From the NCBI GenBank assembly GCA_963849325.1, contig CAWKHF010000012.1, positions 32,001-96,000 of the forward strand: a DNA stretch of 64,000 bases, read 5' to 3'. Position numbers and translations under genes: made by a program. The notes beneath the pieces were generated by a model. It was not told the DNA's origin. It searched no databases and saw only the letters and a list, made by a program, of their open reading frames with translations. Shown piece after piece: positions 20,540 through 34,515 of this stretch (position 1 is its first letter; every line of letters begins with the position of its first letter). This DNA is from an uncultured Planctomycetota bacterium. GTDB lineage: Bacteria; Planctomycetota; Planctomycetia; Gemmatales; Gemmataceae.

Positions 20540-21663
20540 TTGGGTCCGCCGGGGCGTCGGGCGTGAAGAATTCGCGGATGCGGTCGAGAAAGCTCTTGTG
20601 TTCGGGCGGCACTTCGGTCCCGTCGATCTCCTCCAGCTCCTGAAACAGTTCTTCCTGGCGCTTGGTCAGTCGGCGCGGCGTGACGACGCGAACATGGACG
20701 ACCAGGTCGCCCGGTCGGCCGCCGCGCAAATGGGGCATCCCCTTGCCGGAGATGCGGACTTCGTCGCCGCTCTGCGTGCCGCGCTTCAGCGTGTGCGTGA
20801 CGAACTGGCCGTCCAGCGTCGGCACCTCAATGGGCCGGCCCAGCGCGGCCTGGCTGATCGTCACCGGCACCTCGCAGTGCAGATCCTGGCCGTGGCGAAC
20901 GAACAGCGGATGCTTGCGGACACGGAGGACGCAGTACAGATCGCCCGGCGGCGCGCCGCGCTCGCCGGCCTCGCCTTCGCCGGAGAGACGGATGCTGACG
21001 TCGTTGTCCACGCCCGGCGGGATGTTCACGGTCAGCGAACGCTCGACCTCAATGGCCCCGCGTCCGCGACAGGTCCGGCAGGGATCGGTGATGACCGCGC
21101 CCTGACCACCGCACGCCCCGCACGTCTGCTGGATACGGAAAAAGCCCTGGCCCTGGATGACGACGCCGTGTCCGCCGCAGCGCCGGCAGGTCGCCGGTTT
21201 GGTGCCCGGCTTGGCCCCGCTGCCGGAACAGTCGGCGCACGACTCGGCGCGAGGGATTTTGATCTCCTTCTTGACGCCGCGAGCCGCCTCCAGCAGGTCG
21301 ATCTCGATCGCCATCTGCAGGTCGCGGCCGGGCTGCGGGCCGCGACGCCGGCGACCGCCAAAGATGTCGCCGAAAATGTCGCCGAACAGGTCCATGACTG
21401 AGTCGGCGTTGGCGAAGTTCGGCATGCCGGCGCCTTCCAGCCCGGCATGGCCGTAGCGATCGTAGGCCTGGCGCTTGCGCGGATCGCGCAGCACCTCGTA
21501 AGCCTCGGCCGCCTCCTTGAACTTGATCTCGGCTTCGTGGTCGCCGACGTTGCGGTCGGGATGATACTGCATGGCCAACTTGCGATAGGCCTTCTTGAGC
21601 GTGTCGTCGTCGGCGTCTTCGCGAAACGCCAAGGACCTCGTAATAGTCCCGCTTGCCGGCCAT
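20523..21663 (-). CDS. dnaJ: Chaperone DnaJ; frameshift near 21630
   Basis: [13 protein letters not shown], four CxxCxGxG repeats, GDLY. Confidence 0.95.
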
Positions 21664-21670
21664 ATTCCAG

Positions 21671-21757
21671 AGGGGTCAGGGGTCAGGGGTCAGGGGTCAG
21701 AAAAGAACAAACCCAGGTATTTCTTTTCTGACCCCTGACCCCTGACCCCTGACCCCT
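21671..21757. repeat. Inverted heptamer array (AGGGGTC)4 ... (GACCCCT)4
   Basis: Perfect 37-bp arms around a 13-nt loop, between groEL and dnaJ. Confidence 0.9.
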
Positions 21758-21769
21758 TTTCCTCCTCGG

Positions 21770-23385
21770 TTAGCGGATGGCGCCCTGCACCTTGCTGCCC
21801 GGCTCCTCCTCGTCGATCTTGGTGATCATCACCTCGGTCGTGAGCATGAGTCCGGCGATGCTGGCGGCGTTGACCAGGGCCGAGCGCGTCACACGGGTCG
21901 GATCGACAATGCCGGCCTTGTACATGTCCACGTACTCGCCGGTATTGGCATTATACCCGAAGTTGGCCGACTTTTGCCGCGCCACTTCGTCGGCGATGAC
22001 GGCGCCGTCGGAACCCGAATTCTCGGCGATGGTACGGATGGGCTTTTCCAGCGCCCGCACCACGATCTCGGCGCCGAGCTTCTCGTCGCCCTTGAGCTTG
22101 TCGGCCAGGGTGGTGACGGCCGAGATGCAGCGGAGCAGGGCGACGCCGCCGCCGGGCACGATGCCGTCGGCCACCGCCGCCCGCGTGGCATGCAGGGCGT
22201 CCTCGACGCGGCCCTTGGTCTGCTTCATCTCCGCCTCGGTGGCGGCGCCGACGCGGACGATGGCCACGCCGCCCGTCAGCTTCGCCAGCCGTTCGCTGAA
22301 CTTCTCCTTGTCGTATTCGCTCTCGGTCTGCTCCATCTGAGCGCGAATCTGCCCGATCCGCTTCTCGATGTCGCCCTTCTTGCCGGCGCCGCTGATGATG
22401 GTGCAACTCTCCTTCTCGACCTTGACCGTCTTGGCCCGGCCGAGCTGCTCCAGCTCGACGTTCTCCAGCTTCAGGCCGAGGTCTTCGCTGATGAACTGTC
22501 CGCCGGTGAGGATGGCGATGTCGCCGAGCATGGCCTTGCGACGGTCGCCGAAGCCGGGCGCCTTGACGGCGCAAACTTGCAGGATGTTCCGCAGCCGATT
22601 GATGACCAGGGCCGCCAACGCCTCGCTCTCGACGTCCTCGGCGATGATGAGCAGCGGCTTGGCCGACTGCGCCACCTTCTCCAGCAGCGGCAGCATGTCG
22701 CGGACGTTGTTGAGCTTCTTCTCGTAGATGAGGATGTAGGCGTCTTCCAGCTCGCAGGTCATCTCCTGCGTCGTAATGAAGTACGGCGAGATGTAGCCCT
22801 TGTCGAATTGCATGCCCTCGACGAACTCCAGCGTCGTCTCGGAGGTCTTGCCCTCCTCGACGGTGATGACGCCGTCCTTGCCGACCTTCTCGAAGGCGTC
22901 GGCCATCAACTGGCCGATCTTCGGATCGTTATTGGCGCTGATGCCCGCCACTTGCGCCATCTCTTCCTTCTTGGACAGCTTCTTGGACAGGCCGTCCAAT
23001 GCTTCGACGACCGCCTCGACGGCCTTGTCGATGCCGCGCTTGACGGCCATCGGGTTGGCGCCGGCGGTAATGTTGCGCAGCCCTTCCTGATAGATCGACA
23101 GGGCGAGAATGGTCGCCGTGGTGGTGCCGTCACCGGCCACGTCGCTGGTCTTCTGGGCCACGGCGTTGACCAGCTTGGCGCCCATGTTCTCGAACGGGAT
23201 CGGGCAGGTCGATTTCCTTGCTGACGGTGACGCCGTCCTTGGTGACGGTCGGACCGCCGAAGCTCTTGTCGAGGATGACGTTACGGCCGGTCGGCCCCAG
23301 GGTGATGCCCACGGCATGGGCCAGCTTATCGGCACCGACGAGCAGCTTCTTGCGCCTCGTCGGTGTAGAGCAGTTGTTTCGCCAT
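21770..23385 (-). CDS. groL: Chaperonin GroEL, downstream copy without GGM tail; frameshifts near the 5' end
   Basis: [40 protein letters not shown]. Confidence 0.95.
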
Positions 23386-23403
23386 CTGCGTGTTCTCCCA
23401 AAA

Positions 23404-23484
23404 AGCGATCAGCGTCCAGCAATCAGCGGTCAGCAAAACAAATGACGCTGACCGCTGATTGCTGATTGCTGATCGCTGATTGCT
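23404..23484. repeat. Inverted heptamer array (AGCAATC-like / GATTGCT-like)
   Basis: Four AGCRRTC-like units facing five GAYYGCT units, between groES and groEL. Confidence 0.8.
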
Positions 23485-23797
23485 TACTTGGTGACCTTGG
23501 CGAGGATGTCGCCTTCCCGCATGATCTTGATTTCGCGGCCATCCACTTCAATGTCGTTGCCGCTGTAACGGCCGTAGATGACCTCGTCGCCTTTGTGGAC
23601 CGCCAGGCCCAGCGTTCGCCGTTGTCGCGGAGCTTGCCGGGACCGACGGCCAGCACGCGGCCGCGCTGCGGCTTCTGCTTGGCACTGTCGGGCAACAGAA
23701 TGCCGCCCGTCGTCTTCTCCTCGGCTTCCAGCGGCTCGACCACCACGCGATCGTCCAGCGGCCGAACCTTCAAGTGGATCTCTTTTTCCTTCGCCAT
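23484..23797 (-). CDS. groS: Co-chaperonin GroES; frameshift near 23612
   Basis: [35 protein letters not shown]. Confidence 0.95.
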
Positions 23798-23827
23798 GTT
23801 CAATTCCTCCGTTCGGCGAAACGCCGT

Positions 23828-25529
<1,702 letters not shown>

Positions 25530-25675
25530 TTACCGTTCTCCTTTCGCTAGCTGGACTTCCGGCTCAATGGCTTTCAGGGACGCGCCCGGTCCTTCAAGGA
25601 CCGGCGAGCAGAAATACTTCTCGTGGATCGCACGCGGACCACGAGGGAGGATCGCTTGTACGTGTGACCCCAGTA

Positions 25676-25692
25676 AGCAACTGATGTGCCGG
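25676..25692 (-). promoter_or_regulatory. Sigma-54 (-24/-12) promoter candidate for the chaperone operon
   Basis: Minus strand CCGGCACATCAGTTGCT matches GGCAC-N5-TTGCW, about 150 bp upstream of groEL. Confidence 0.7.
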
Positions 25693-25908
25693 AAGAAGGA
25701 GGCATAGCAAGTGATGGAAACAAAAAGACTTAAGTCAAGACATTCGGAACAGCCTCTCGGAGAGGAACAGCCAATTTGGCAGAGAAAGGCGAGAGGGCTG
25801 ACAAAAGTGTCTTCGAGCGTTGCGACCTTCCTCCGGGGAGGTAAACTAACCAGCTGGGCTCGCCGTCGAGGCCAGGAAGGCGTTCCTCGGGGAAGGATTG
25901 GTTCCACC

Positions 25909-28441
25909 ATGATGAGGTTCAGCCAGATGAAGACAACGAAACTCCTCCTTGCCCTTGTTGCACTCATCAGCCAATTGGGACAAGGGAGACTTCGAGCGTT
26001 CGCCGATCCGCCGGCGCAAAGAGCCGTGACCTCGGCGAAGCCGGGGACGCACGTGGACCACTACGGAGATCCCTTGCCGGAGCGGGCCGTTTGCCGCCTG
26101 GGTACGCGCCGACCTTTACACTATACCTCCGTCATTAACGTCGCCTTCTCCCCGGATGGCCGGCGCTTTGCGTCGACCGCCCTCGATGGAACCTTGGTGG
26201 TCTGGTCCTGGTTGTCCGGAAAGGTTCTCCACGTCTTCCCCCCTACACCACGCTCGAACCTCATGGCTTGCAATTCTCTTGGGACAACCGATACCTCGCG
26301 GGGTTCGATGGGAAAGGGGTCGTGATCTGGGATGTAAGTGCCGGCCGGCCCATTCACCACGGCGCGGCCGTCCGATATCCGGCGTTCTCCCCCGATAACA
26401 AACGGATCGCGTGGCTCAGCGATACCCGCTCCATCCGTGTCCTCGCTCTCGGCGCGGGCAAGGAACCCGAAACGGTGTTACGGGGTCACGACGTCCTGGC
26501 CCTTGGCTACGACAAGGACGGTCATTTGCGGATCGTGGAGCATCGCAAGCCGATGCTCTCCTTACGCGACCTTGAGACGGATCGTCCAATCGCCGCCATC
26601 GACCTCGGCGCGGATCCCCTGGGTGGGTGGAGATCGCTTCGGAGGGTTCCTCCTTTGCCGTCCTCACCCGGAAAACGGGCATCACCTTGCGAGACACGGG
26701 GACGGGCGAGCAACTCGGCCGCCTGGCGAAACCGCCGGACAACTTCACGCCGGCGACGCTGAGCCGCGATGGGGAGAAGATTCTGCTGAAGGGTGGAGCG
26801 GGCGCGGACGCGGCCTTTCAAATCTGGGATGTGAAAAAAGGGAAAAAGGTCTGCGCCATTGACCGGAACGGGGGGTATGGCGGGGCTCGCTTCGGCGCCT
26901 TCTCTCCGGACGGCAAGCTCCTGGCGGTCGGCGGTACGAACATCCCGGATACCGCTTCCTTCTGGGACGCCAAAACCGGAGAGCGCGTCGAGAAGTCCCC
27001 CGGACACAACGCCTTGATCTCCGCCGTGGCCTTTTCGCCCAACGGCGCGGAGGTCGCTACCTGTAGCGTTGTGGTGAGAGATCCCATTGTACGCATTTGG
27101 GATGTGAAAACGGGCCGACTGCTGCGTACATTTGAGGCTCATCCATTCGGCGTCGAACGAGTTGTCTACACGCCGGATGGGACGAAGTTGATCACGGGCG
27201 GCTGGGGGGATCCGGATGCCAGAAACGTGCGCGTCTGGGACGCACGCACTTTGAAGCGGGTGAGGGAGATCAAAGTAAACTGGTATGGGGTGGGGCATTT
27301 GGCGGTTTCCGCCGATGGCGAGCGCGTCGTCGCCGTCCGCACGGGCACCACCCCCGACGAGGTCATCGTCTGGGACGTCAAAACGGGCAAGAAGTTGCAT
27401 GAACACCCCAGGCTCGGCCAGAGCACTCAGGGCATTGCCTTCCTGCCGGGGGGCCAGACTTTGCTCATCTGCAATTATTCCGCAATCCGCTCGTGGGACG
27501 TCGCGGCCGCTCCGGGAAGCGGGGAGCGCGAGCTCGCCCGCGGAGTGAAACTGCACATGGCGCTCTCCCCCGATGGTCGAGTCGTCGCCCTGACGAGTGA
27601 GTCCAAGGGCACGACAAGGCTGATTGAAGTGATCTCGGGCCAGGAGATTTGCCGGTTCGGAGACGACCGGAGAGGAAGGAGCATCGCCTTCTCCCCGGAT
27701 GGTCGCACCCTCGCGCTGGGCACTGCGGAGGGTACGATTCAGCTTTTGGATTGGCCCACCGGCCGGGAGTGTCTTTTCTTCCGCGCGTACGATCGCGGCA
27801 TGTGGCGCCTGACCTTCTCTCTGGACGGCAAACGGTTGGCCTCGGTCGGCGGCGATCTGGAAAGGGCCACCGCTTTATTGTGGGATGTGGCGGATGCCAC
27901 TGGGCAACAACTTCGGCCAGTGAAGGCGGGAACCCGGCAGATCGAAGCGTGGAGCGAGGCGCTGGCCGATTGGGACGCCGCCTCGGCCTATCGGGCGGTC
28001 TGGAACCTCGTCGCCGCCGAGGAGCCAAGCTTAGCCGCACTGAAAACGCGGATGACGGCGCGAACCGCGCTTTCCCACGGGGACATCACCCGGCTGATCG
28101 CCGACCTGGATAGTGATGATTTCGCGGTGCGTGAGAAGGCTCAGAGGAGACTACTACGAGCCGGCGACCAGGCCATCGGAGAGTTGCGAGCGGCCCTAAA
28201 AGGCCCCGTCTCCCTGGAACAGAAACGGCGTCTGCAACATATTCTCGAAACCCTTCCCACTCAGCCCATCCCTTCGGAAGACCTGTTCGCCGTTCGCGCC
28301 GTCATGGTCCTGGAACAAATCGGCGATCGGAATGCCCGGAGGCTGCTACGTGAGTTGGCAAAGGGAGACGACAAAGCGCGTAGGACGCAAGAGGCCCGCT
28401 CGTCACTGAAACGGTTAGACTCTCACCGGAATGAGCCTTAA
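25909..28441 (+). CDS. Secreted WD40-repeat protein; two frameshifts (about 26250 and 26625)
   Basis: D.YGDPLP..A..RLG N-terminus, many AFSPDG..WD repeats, C-terminal LDSDDFAVREKA helical domain. Confidence 0.88.
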
Positions 28442-28571
28442 CGAGTCACGGGCTGTGCTGCCTTTGTATCATGTCCGTTTACGGTTAAGATGGTCGAGAC
28501 GCTGTCCAGTCGTGATTCGTCTTCCAGCCGCGGCCGCCCGGCGAACTGGGGACCTGCCTTGGGGGTCAACC

Positions 28572-30980
28572 ATGCGGAGGCGAAATCGGGCGTTGGGTCT
28601 GATGGTGGGCATGGGGCTGATACTGGCGGCATCGACGCCGGCACAGGCTCTTATCACGAGCCTGACGCCGCTGCGTGACGTGCTCAAGGAAGCGACCTTC
28701 ATCTGCACCGCCCACGTCGAATCGGTGGACGCCGACCGGCCGGCACTGGTGTTGGTGGTGGACGACGATCTTAAGGGCAAGTCGCCGCTGCGAAAGCTGC
28801 CGGTGCTGCTCAAGGGCGATGCCGAGGCCCGCAAGGGCAACCACGTCTCCCTGATCCTCAAGCGCGTCGCTCCGAAGCTGCCGCTCATCCTGTTCATACT
28901 CCAGCGCGACAAGAAATACACGGCGTTCGCCTACAGTAACGGCACCTGGTTTCAAATCATCGGCGCCGAGGCCGACGGTATGGTGCGTTGGAGCTTCACG
29001 CACGGCGAGCCGTACCTGCGCAAGACCTTCAAGGGCAGCACGGCCGAACTGAAACAGATCGTCGTCGAGAGCCTCGCCGGCAAGAAGAAACCGCCCGATC
29101 CGGACGTCAAGGAAAAGCCGGGGTTTGGCCCCGAGGTCGAGGCGGAGAAGAAATCGGATCGCCGAGAAACGCCCTCGGCAGGTCCGCTTTTCGCCGTCAT
29201 CCCGACCGTGCTGGTGGGCGGGCCGTTGGCGATCCTGGCGATGCTGTTTCCGGCGGTGTTCGGCGGGCTGATGCTGGTGCTGCGACGGTGGATGGCGGCC
29301 CTGTCGGTGCTGAGCCTGAATAGCACTTTGTACCTGGCTCAGAACTGGGGTATGCGCTGGCTCGCCGGCTCCTGGTGGGGCACGCCACTGGCACTGTGGC
29401 TGACCATGACTGTCGTGACGCTCCTCGGTCTGCTGTGGGCATGGCGGCGACACGTCGCCTTGCTAGCCGCGCCGGCTCCCGACGCCAAGGGAACAGAGAA
29501 GGGGGCCACCTTGTCACCGGGTCGCGGCGAGCTGGTGACGCTCGGCGTCCTGAGCGTGGCGTGCCTGGCGACCGTGGCCTTCGCACTGCCGCACTCGCTG
29601 GCCCAGCTCGACCTGTGGGGCAAGACGCTGCTGATGTTCAGCGCCGGCCTGTGGATGGCGACACTGCACGCCCTCTGGTTGCGCTGGCGGGCAACGAGAA
29701 GGAGCGAGGTCAAACCGGGACTGCCCGGCGAGGGCGTCCTGTTGTGGACGATGCTGCTGGCCGGCGTCGGCTTCAGCGCGACGTTCCTGAACGAATCATC
29801 CGGTGCCGGCACCGGCGCGGACGACGGCGGGCCGTATCGCGTGGCCTGGCGCTTCCGGCCGTCCGTGGAGCGCTGCTGGATCGCGTCGTCGCCGGTCGTC
29901 GCCGGCGACCGCGTCTACGTCGGCGTGGTGCTGCCGTCGGCCTTCAAGAGCAGCGGCGCCCTCTACTGCCTCGACCGCCGCACCGGCAAGGAAATCTGGA
30001 TGTTCAACGACGACGGCGACATGAAGGACGTGTTCTCGTCGCCGTGCGTGGCCGACGGCCGCGTCTACGTCGGCGAGGGTTTCCATCAGCACGCCGACTG
30101 CAAGCTGTACTGCCTCGACGCGGCGACCGGCAAGAAGCTGTGGGACTTCGCCACCACCAGCCACACCGAATCGTCGCCATGCGTGGCCGACGGCAAGGTC
30201 TACTTCGGCGCCGGCGACGACGGACTGTACTGTCTGGATGCGGAGAGCGGCAAGGAGCGTTGGCACTTCAAGGGACTGCACGTCGATGCCAACCCGCTGG
30301 TGATCGGCGACCGCCTCTACGGCGGCAGCGGCATCGGCGACGTCTGCAAGGACACGGTGCTGTTCTGTCTCCACGCCGCCACGGGCGCGGTGTACTGGCG
30401 CTTGCCGACCGACCTCCCGGTGTGGGGCATGCCCACCGTGCAGGGCGATCATCTCTACGCCGGCATCGGTAACGGCAACTTCCTGGAGAGCGCCGACAAG
30501 CCGGCCGGCGCCGTGCTGTGTCTGGAGAAGGCGACGGGCCAGCGCGTCTGGCGCTACGACGTCCGCGACGGCGTTCACGTCCGCATCGGAGCGGACGTGA
30601 AAAACGTCTGGTTCGCCTCGCGCGATCGACATTGCTACTGCCTGGACCGTTCGGAGGGCACGTTGCGCTGGAAAACGGACCTCGGCAGTCCGATTTTGGC
30701 GTCGCCGTTCCTCGTCGAGTCCGGTAGCGGGACGTCGCTGTACGTTGCCGCCAGTGCCGGCCCCCTCAGCCGACTCGACGCGGAGAGCGGCAAGATCATG
30801 TGGACTTTCGACGCGGCCAAGGACACCGAACAGAAGGCGACGGTCTTTTCCTCGCCGCTGGTGGACGTGCGCCGAGGAAAGGGCGAGTCCCGCTTGATCT
30901 GGCTTGGCTGCGGTCTAAACGACTTCCAGCGCGGCATCCTTTACTGTCTGGAAGAGCGCCTCGCCGAAAAAGCCGGGTAG
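28572..30980 (+). CDS. Membrane protein with PQQ-binding-like (BamB-type) beta-propeller
   Basis: Signal peptide, several TM helices, then SSP.V.DG.VY.G..LYCLDA.TGK..W repeats. Confidence 0.88.
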   Translation: MRRRNRALGLMVGMGLILAASTPAQALITSLTPLRDVLKEATFICTAHVESVDADRPALVLVVDDDLKGKSPLRKLPVLLKGDAEARKGNHVSLILKRVAPKLPLILFILQRDKKYTAFAYSNGTWFQIIGAEADGMVRWSFTHGEPYLRKTFKGSTAELKQIVVESLAGKKKPPDPDVKEKPGFGPEVEAEKKSDRRETPSAGPLFAVIPTVLVGGPLAILAMLFPAVFGGLMLVLRRWMAALSVLSLNSTLYLAQNWGMRWLAGSWWGTPLALWLTMTVVTLLGLLWAWRRHVALLAAPAPDAKGTEKGATLSPGRGELVTLGVLSVACLATVAFALPHSLAQLDLWGKTLLMFSAGLWMATLHALWLRWRATRRSEVKPGLPGEGVLLWTMLLAGVGFSATFLNESSGAGTGADDGGPYRVAWRFRPSVERCWIASSPVVAGDRVYVGVVLPSAFKSSGALYCLDRRTGKEIWMFNDDGDMKDVFSSPCVADGRVYVGEGFHQHADCKLYCLDAATGKKLWDFATTSHTESSPCVADGKVYFGAGDDGLYCLDAESGKERWHFKGLHVDANPLVIGDRLYGGSGIGDVCKDTVLFCLHAATGAVYWRLPTDLPVWGMPTVQGDHLYAGIGNGNFLESADKPAGAVLCLEKATGQRVWRYDVRDGVHVRIGADVKNVWFASRDRHCYCLDRSEGTLRWKTDLGSPILASPFLVESGSGTSLYVAASAGPLSRLDAESGKIMWTFDAAKDTEQKATVFSSPLVDVRRGKGESRLIWLGCGLNDFQRGILYCLEERLAEKAG

Positions 30981-31000
30981 CACGCGGAGGCCACGACCCG

Positions 31001-32028
31001 ATGATGCCTCGTCACGAACCGCCGCGCACTCTGCCGGACCAGTTCATCCGCGAGTCGCTTCAACATCCCGCGAGCCTGCGCGAGTTCCTCCAAGATGCGG
31101 TGCCCCATCTGGCGGCCGGATTTGACTGCGCGGCGCGCGTCTGATGGACCGCGAGTTTCCGCTGGACGATTGGCGGAACCGAGAGGCGGACCTGCCTTTC
31201 GAGGTGCCCTATCGCACCGAGGAAGGAGAGCGGTTGGCGCTGGTGTGCGTCTTGATCGAGCACCAGAGCGATACGGACCCGCTGATGCCACTGCGATCCC
31301 TGTATTTCGCCGTGGGCTATTGGGATCGACAATGGAGGACATGGGCGGCGCTGCCGCGCCCGCGTCCTCCACTCCGGCTCTCTCCCGTGCTGCCGATCGT
31401 TCTGTACACAGGCCCCACTCCGTGGGGGAGCAACCGGACGATGGCCGACCTGCTGACGGAGCCCCAAGCGTTTCACGTCTTCGCGCCGGTGTGGGAACCG
31501 TTATTCTGGAACCTGGCGGAGCGCACGCCGCACGAATTGCTGAACAGCGGCGCTGCCTGGCTGGAGATGCTGTCCGTGGTCCGGGCCGAGCATGCGGAGG
31601 CAGCGGAATTTCGGGCGGTATTCACCGAGGCGACGCAACGATTGGCCTCTCTGCAAGGTCGAGATGAGGTGCGTTGGCACGATTTCATGCGAATCGTCTT
31701 AACCTATGCGTCGTGGCGGAGACCCCTCGCGGAGCGCGAGCCGTTGGTCGAAACTGCCCTGCGAATCAATCCTACCCGACAGGCCGAGGTACAACAGATG
31801 ACACAGACCATTGCCGAAGCATGGATTGAGGAGGGACGTGCCCGGGGGCGCGCCGAGGGCGAGCTGCTTGCTTACCGCGACAGCTTGCGGCGATTTCTCT
31901 CGTTGCAATTCCATCCCGTACCGGGGGCCATCCTGCAACGGATCGAAACCTGTATCGATGTCGAGCGTCTCAAAACCGCCATCGATCGCGTGCCGCAAAT
32001 GAAGTCTCTGGATGAATTCGCCCTTTGA
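31001..32028 (+). CDS. Rpn family (YhgA-like / Transposase_31) recombination-promoting nuclease; frameshift near 31140
   Basis: EADL, LIEHQS..DPLMPLR, PVLPIVLYTG..W, TIAE..IEEGRARGRAEG. Confidence 0.85.
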
Positions 32029-32045
32029 CGACGACCGCGTTCTCC

Positions 32046-34515
32046 ATGAGCATTCTTCGCACTATTGAGCAGGTCCAGGCAGGCGATGTGGAGTTGGTCG
32101 GCGGCAAAGGGCTGAGCCTCGGCTTGATGGCCGGTGCTGGCTTGCCTGTGCCGCCGGGCTTCTGCGTTACCACCGCCGCTTACCGCCGCCTTAGCGGGCG
32201 GCCTCTCGACAGCGACGTCACCCTCCGGGAGCAAATCGGCGCCGCTTATCGGCAACTCGGTGGCGGGCCGGTTGCCGTGCGTTCGTCGGCCACCGCGGAG
32301 GACGGGTCCGTCACCAGCTTCGCCGGCCAGCAGGAGACGATCCTCGGCGTGCGCGGCGAGGCGGACGTGTGCGCTGCCGTCGCGCGTTGCTGGGAGTCGC
32401 TGCACAGCGAACGCGCCGTCGCCTACCGCCGTCATCAGGGCGTCGGCGACGACGGCCTGGCGATGGCCGTCGTCGTGCAGCGGCTCGTATCCGCCGAGGT
32501 GCGCCGGCGTCCTCTTCACGCGCGATCCGCTCGACGCCGAGGGGCGACGCATGCTCGTCGAGGCGTCGTGGGGGCTGGGCGAAAGCGTCGTCTCCGGCCG
32601 AGTCGACGCCGGATCGCTATCACCTCGACCGCGACACCGGCCGCGTCGTCGAGCAGCACATCGCCAACAAAAAGGTGCAGGTGACGCCGAACGGAACGTG
32701 CGACGTGCCGGCCGACAAGCAGGGACAGCCGTGCCTCGACGCGGCGCGCCTGGCGGAGCTGGCCGAGCTGGGCCGGCGTGTCGAGGCGTTCTACGGCGAG
32801 CCGCGCGACGTCGAATGGGCGTGGGCGGACGGCCGCTTCTGGCTGCTGCAAGCCCGGCCGATCACCACGGCGGACGCCGCCGAGCGCGAGCAGGTCCGGC
32901 GTGAGGAGATGGCCGCACTGGCGGCGCGGGCCGAGCCGGGCGGCACGGTCTGGAGTCGCTTCAACATCCCCGAGGGCATGCCCGAACCGACGCCGATGAC
33001 GTGGGCGCTGGTGCGGCGTCTGCTGTCCGGTCGAGGCGGCTGCGGGTTGATGTACCGCGATCTGGGTTATGGACAGGGTGCCTCCGACGAGGATTCCGTC
33101 TACGACCTCGTGGCCGGCCGCGTCTACTGCAACCTCAGCCGCGAGGCCCGCCAGCACGCTGGCTGGCTGCCCTACGAATATCCCTTCGCCGCTCTCAAGG
33201 CCAATCCGTCGCAAGCGCTGACGCCGCGGCCGGTGCGCGATCCGTCGCACGCGGGGGCATTCTTCTGGCTGTTTCTGCCGGTACGCCTGCCATTCATCGT
33301 GGCCGGGACGGTGCGGCGCATGGCCCGGCTTGGCACGCTGAGCAACGTTTCGCCGCGCACTTTCGCCAGGAGATCGCGCCGGCGTTCGCCGCCGAAACGG
33401 CGCGGGCAGCAGCCGAGGACTGGAGCAAACTGGACGCCCCTGCCCTGCTGGAGCATCTGACGGACTGGAGCCGCCGCACGTTGGACGATTTCGCGCGCGA
33501 CAGTCTGAAGCCGACGGCGCTGGCGACCATCGCTCGCACCGGCCTGGAATCGTGGCTGCAACGCAAGCTCGGCGCGGAGCGAGCGCGGCGGCGCTGGGCG
33601 AGCTGAGCATGGGCGTGCGACCCGACCCGGAGGCCGACCTGCCAGGGGCCATCCGCGAGCTGATGGAAGGACGACTCGACCGAATGACGTTCCTGGATCG
33701 CTTCGGCCATCGCGGCAATCAGGACATGGAGCTGGCGCAGCCGCGCTGGAGCGAGGACCCCGCCGCGCTGGACCGTCTCGTTCGCCAGGCGCCGCAGGCG
33801 GCGAATCCCTCGGCGGATTCGGGCAACGCCTGGGCGAAAATCGTCGCCGAGGCCAAGTTGTCGGCGCTGGAGCGCACGGCCCTGGAGCCGCAGGTGCGGG
33901 CGCTGCAAACCTACCTGGGTCTGCGCGAGACGGCCAAGCACTACTTCATGCGCGGCTACGCCCTCCTCCGCCGGGCCCTGGTCGAACTGGACCAACGCCA
34001 TCGTCTCCAGGGCGGCATCTTCTACCTGACGCCGGAGGAGCTGCCGGAATTGATCGCGGGCCGGGACGTAACCAAAGTCATCGCTGAGCGCCGCCGCCGC
34101 CGCACGATTGCCCGGAGCCTGGAAGTGCCGCCGGTGATCTTCAGCGACGACCTGGAAGCAATCGGCCGGCCGCAGCCGACCGAGAGGCGCCGACGTATTG
34201 CAGGGCGTGCCGCTGTCGGCGGGCGTCGCCGAGGGGCCGGCGCTGGTGCTGGAAGAACCGCGGACGGAGGGCTTGCCCGCCGAACCGTACATTCTGGTTT
34301 GTCCCTCGACCGATCCGGCCTGGGTGCCGCTGTTCGTGCAGGCGCGCGGGCTGGTGATGGAGATGGGCGGCGTGCTGTCGCACGGGGCGATCGTGGCCCG
34401 CGAGTACGGTCTGCCAGCCGTGGCCGGACTGCCGGGCGTGCAACGGCGGTTGCGCACGGGCCAGCGGCTCCGCGTGGACGGCGGCTGCGGCGTCGTGACG
34501 ATCTTGCCTGGTTAG
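32046..34515 (+). CDS. PEP-synthase/rifamycin-phosphotransferase-like enzyme (ATP-grasp, central domain, phospho-His swivel); several frameshifts
   Basis: VGGKG, VPPGF, VAVRSSATAED..SFAGQQET, DVEWA..LLQARPIT, FGHRG..E, GGVLSHGAIVAREYGLP. Confidence 0.88.

Noticed and set aside
31001-32028. Rpn gene as an IS element or as the mobiliser of the palindromes
   Set aside because: No terminal inverted repeats or target duplication seen; Rpn is a PD-(D/E)XK nuclease, not an HUH transposase
32046-34515. Bona fide rifampicin resistance gene (rph)
   Set aside because: Only the domain order matches; no rifamycin-associated element seen upstream and the substrate cannot be inferred
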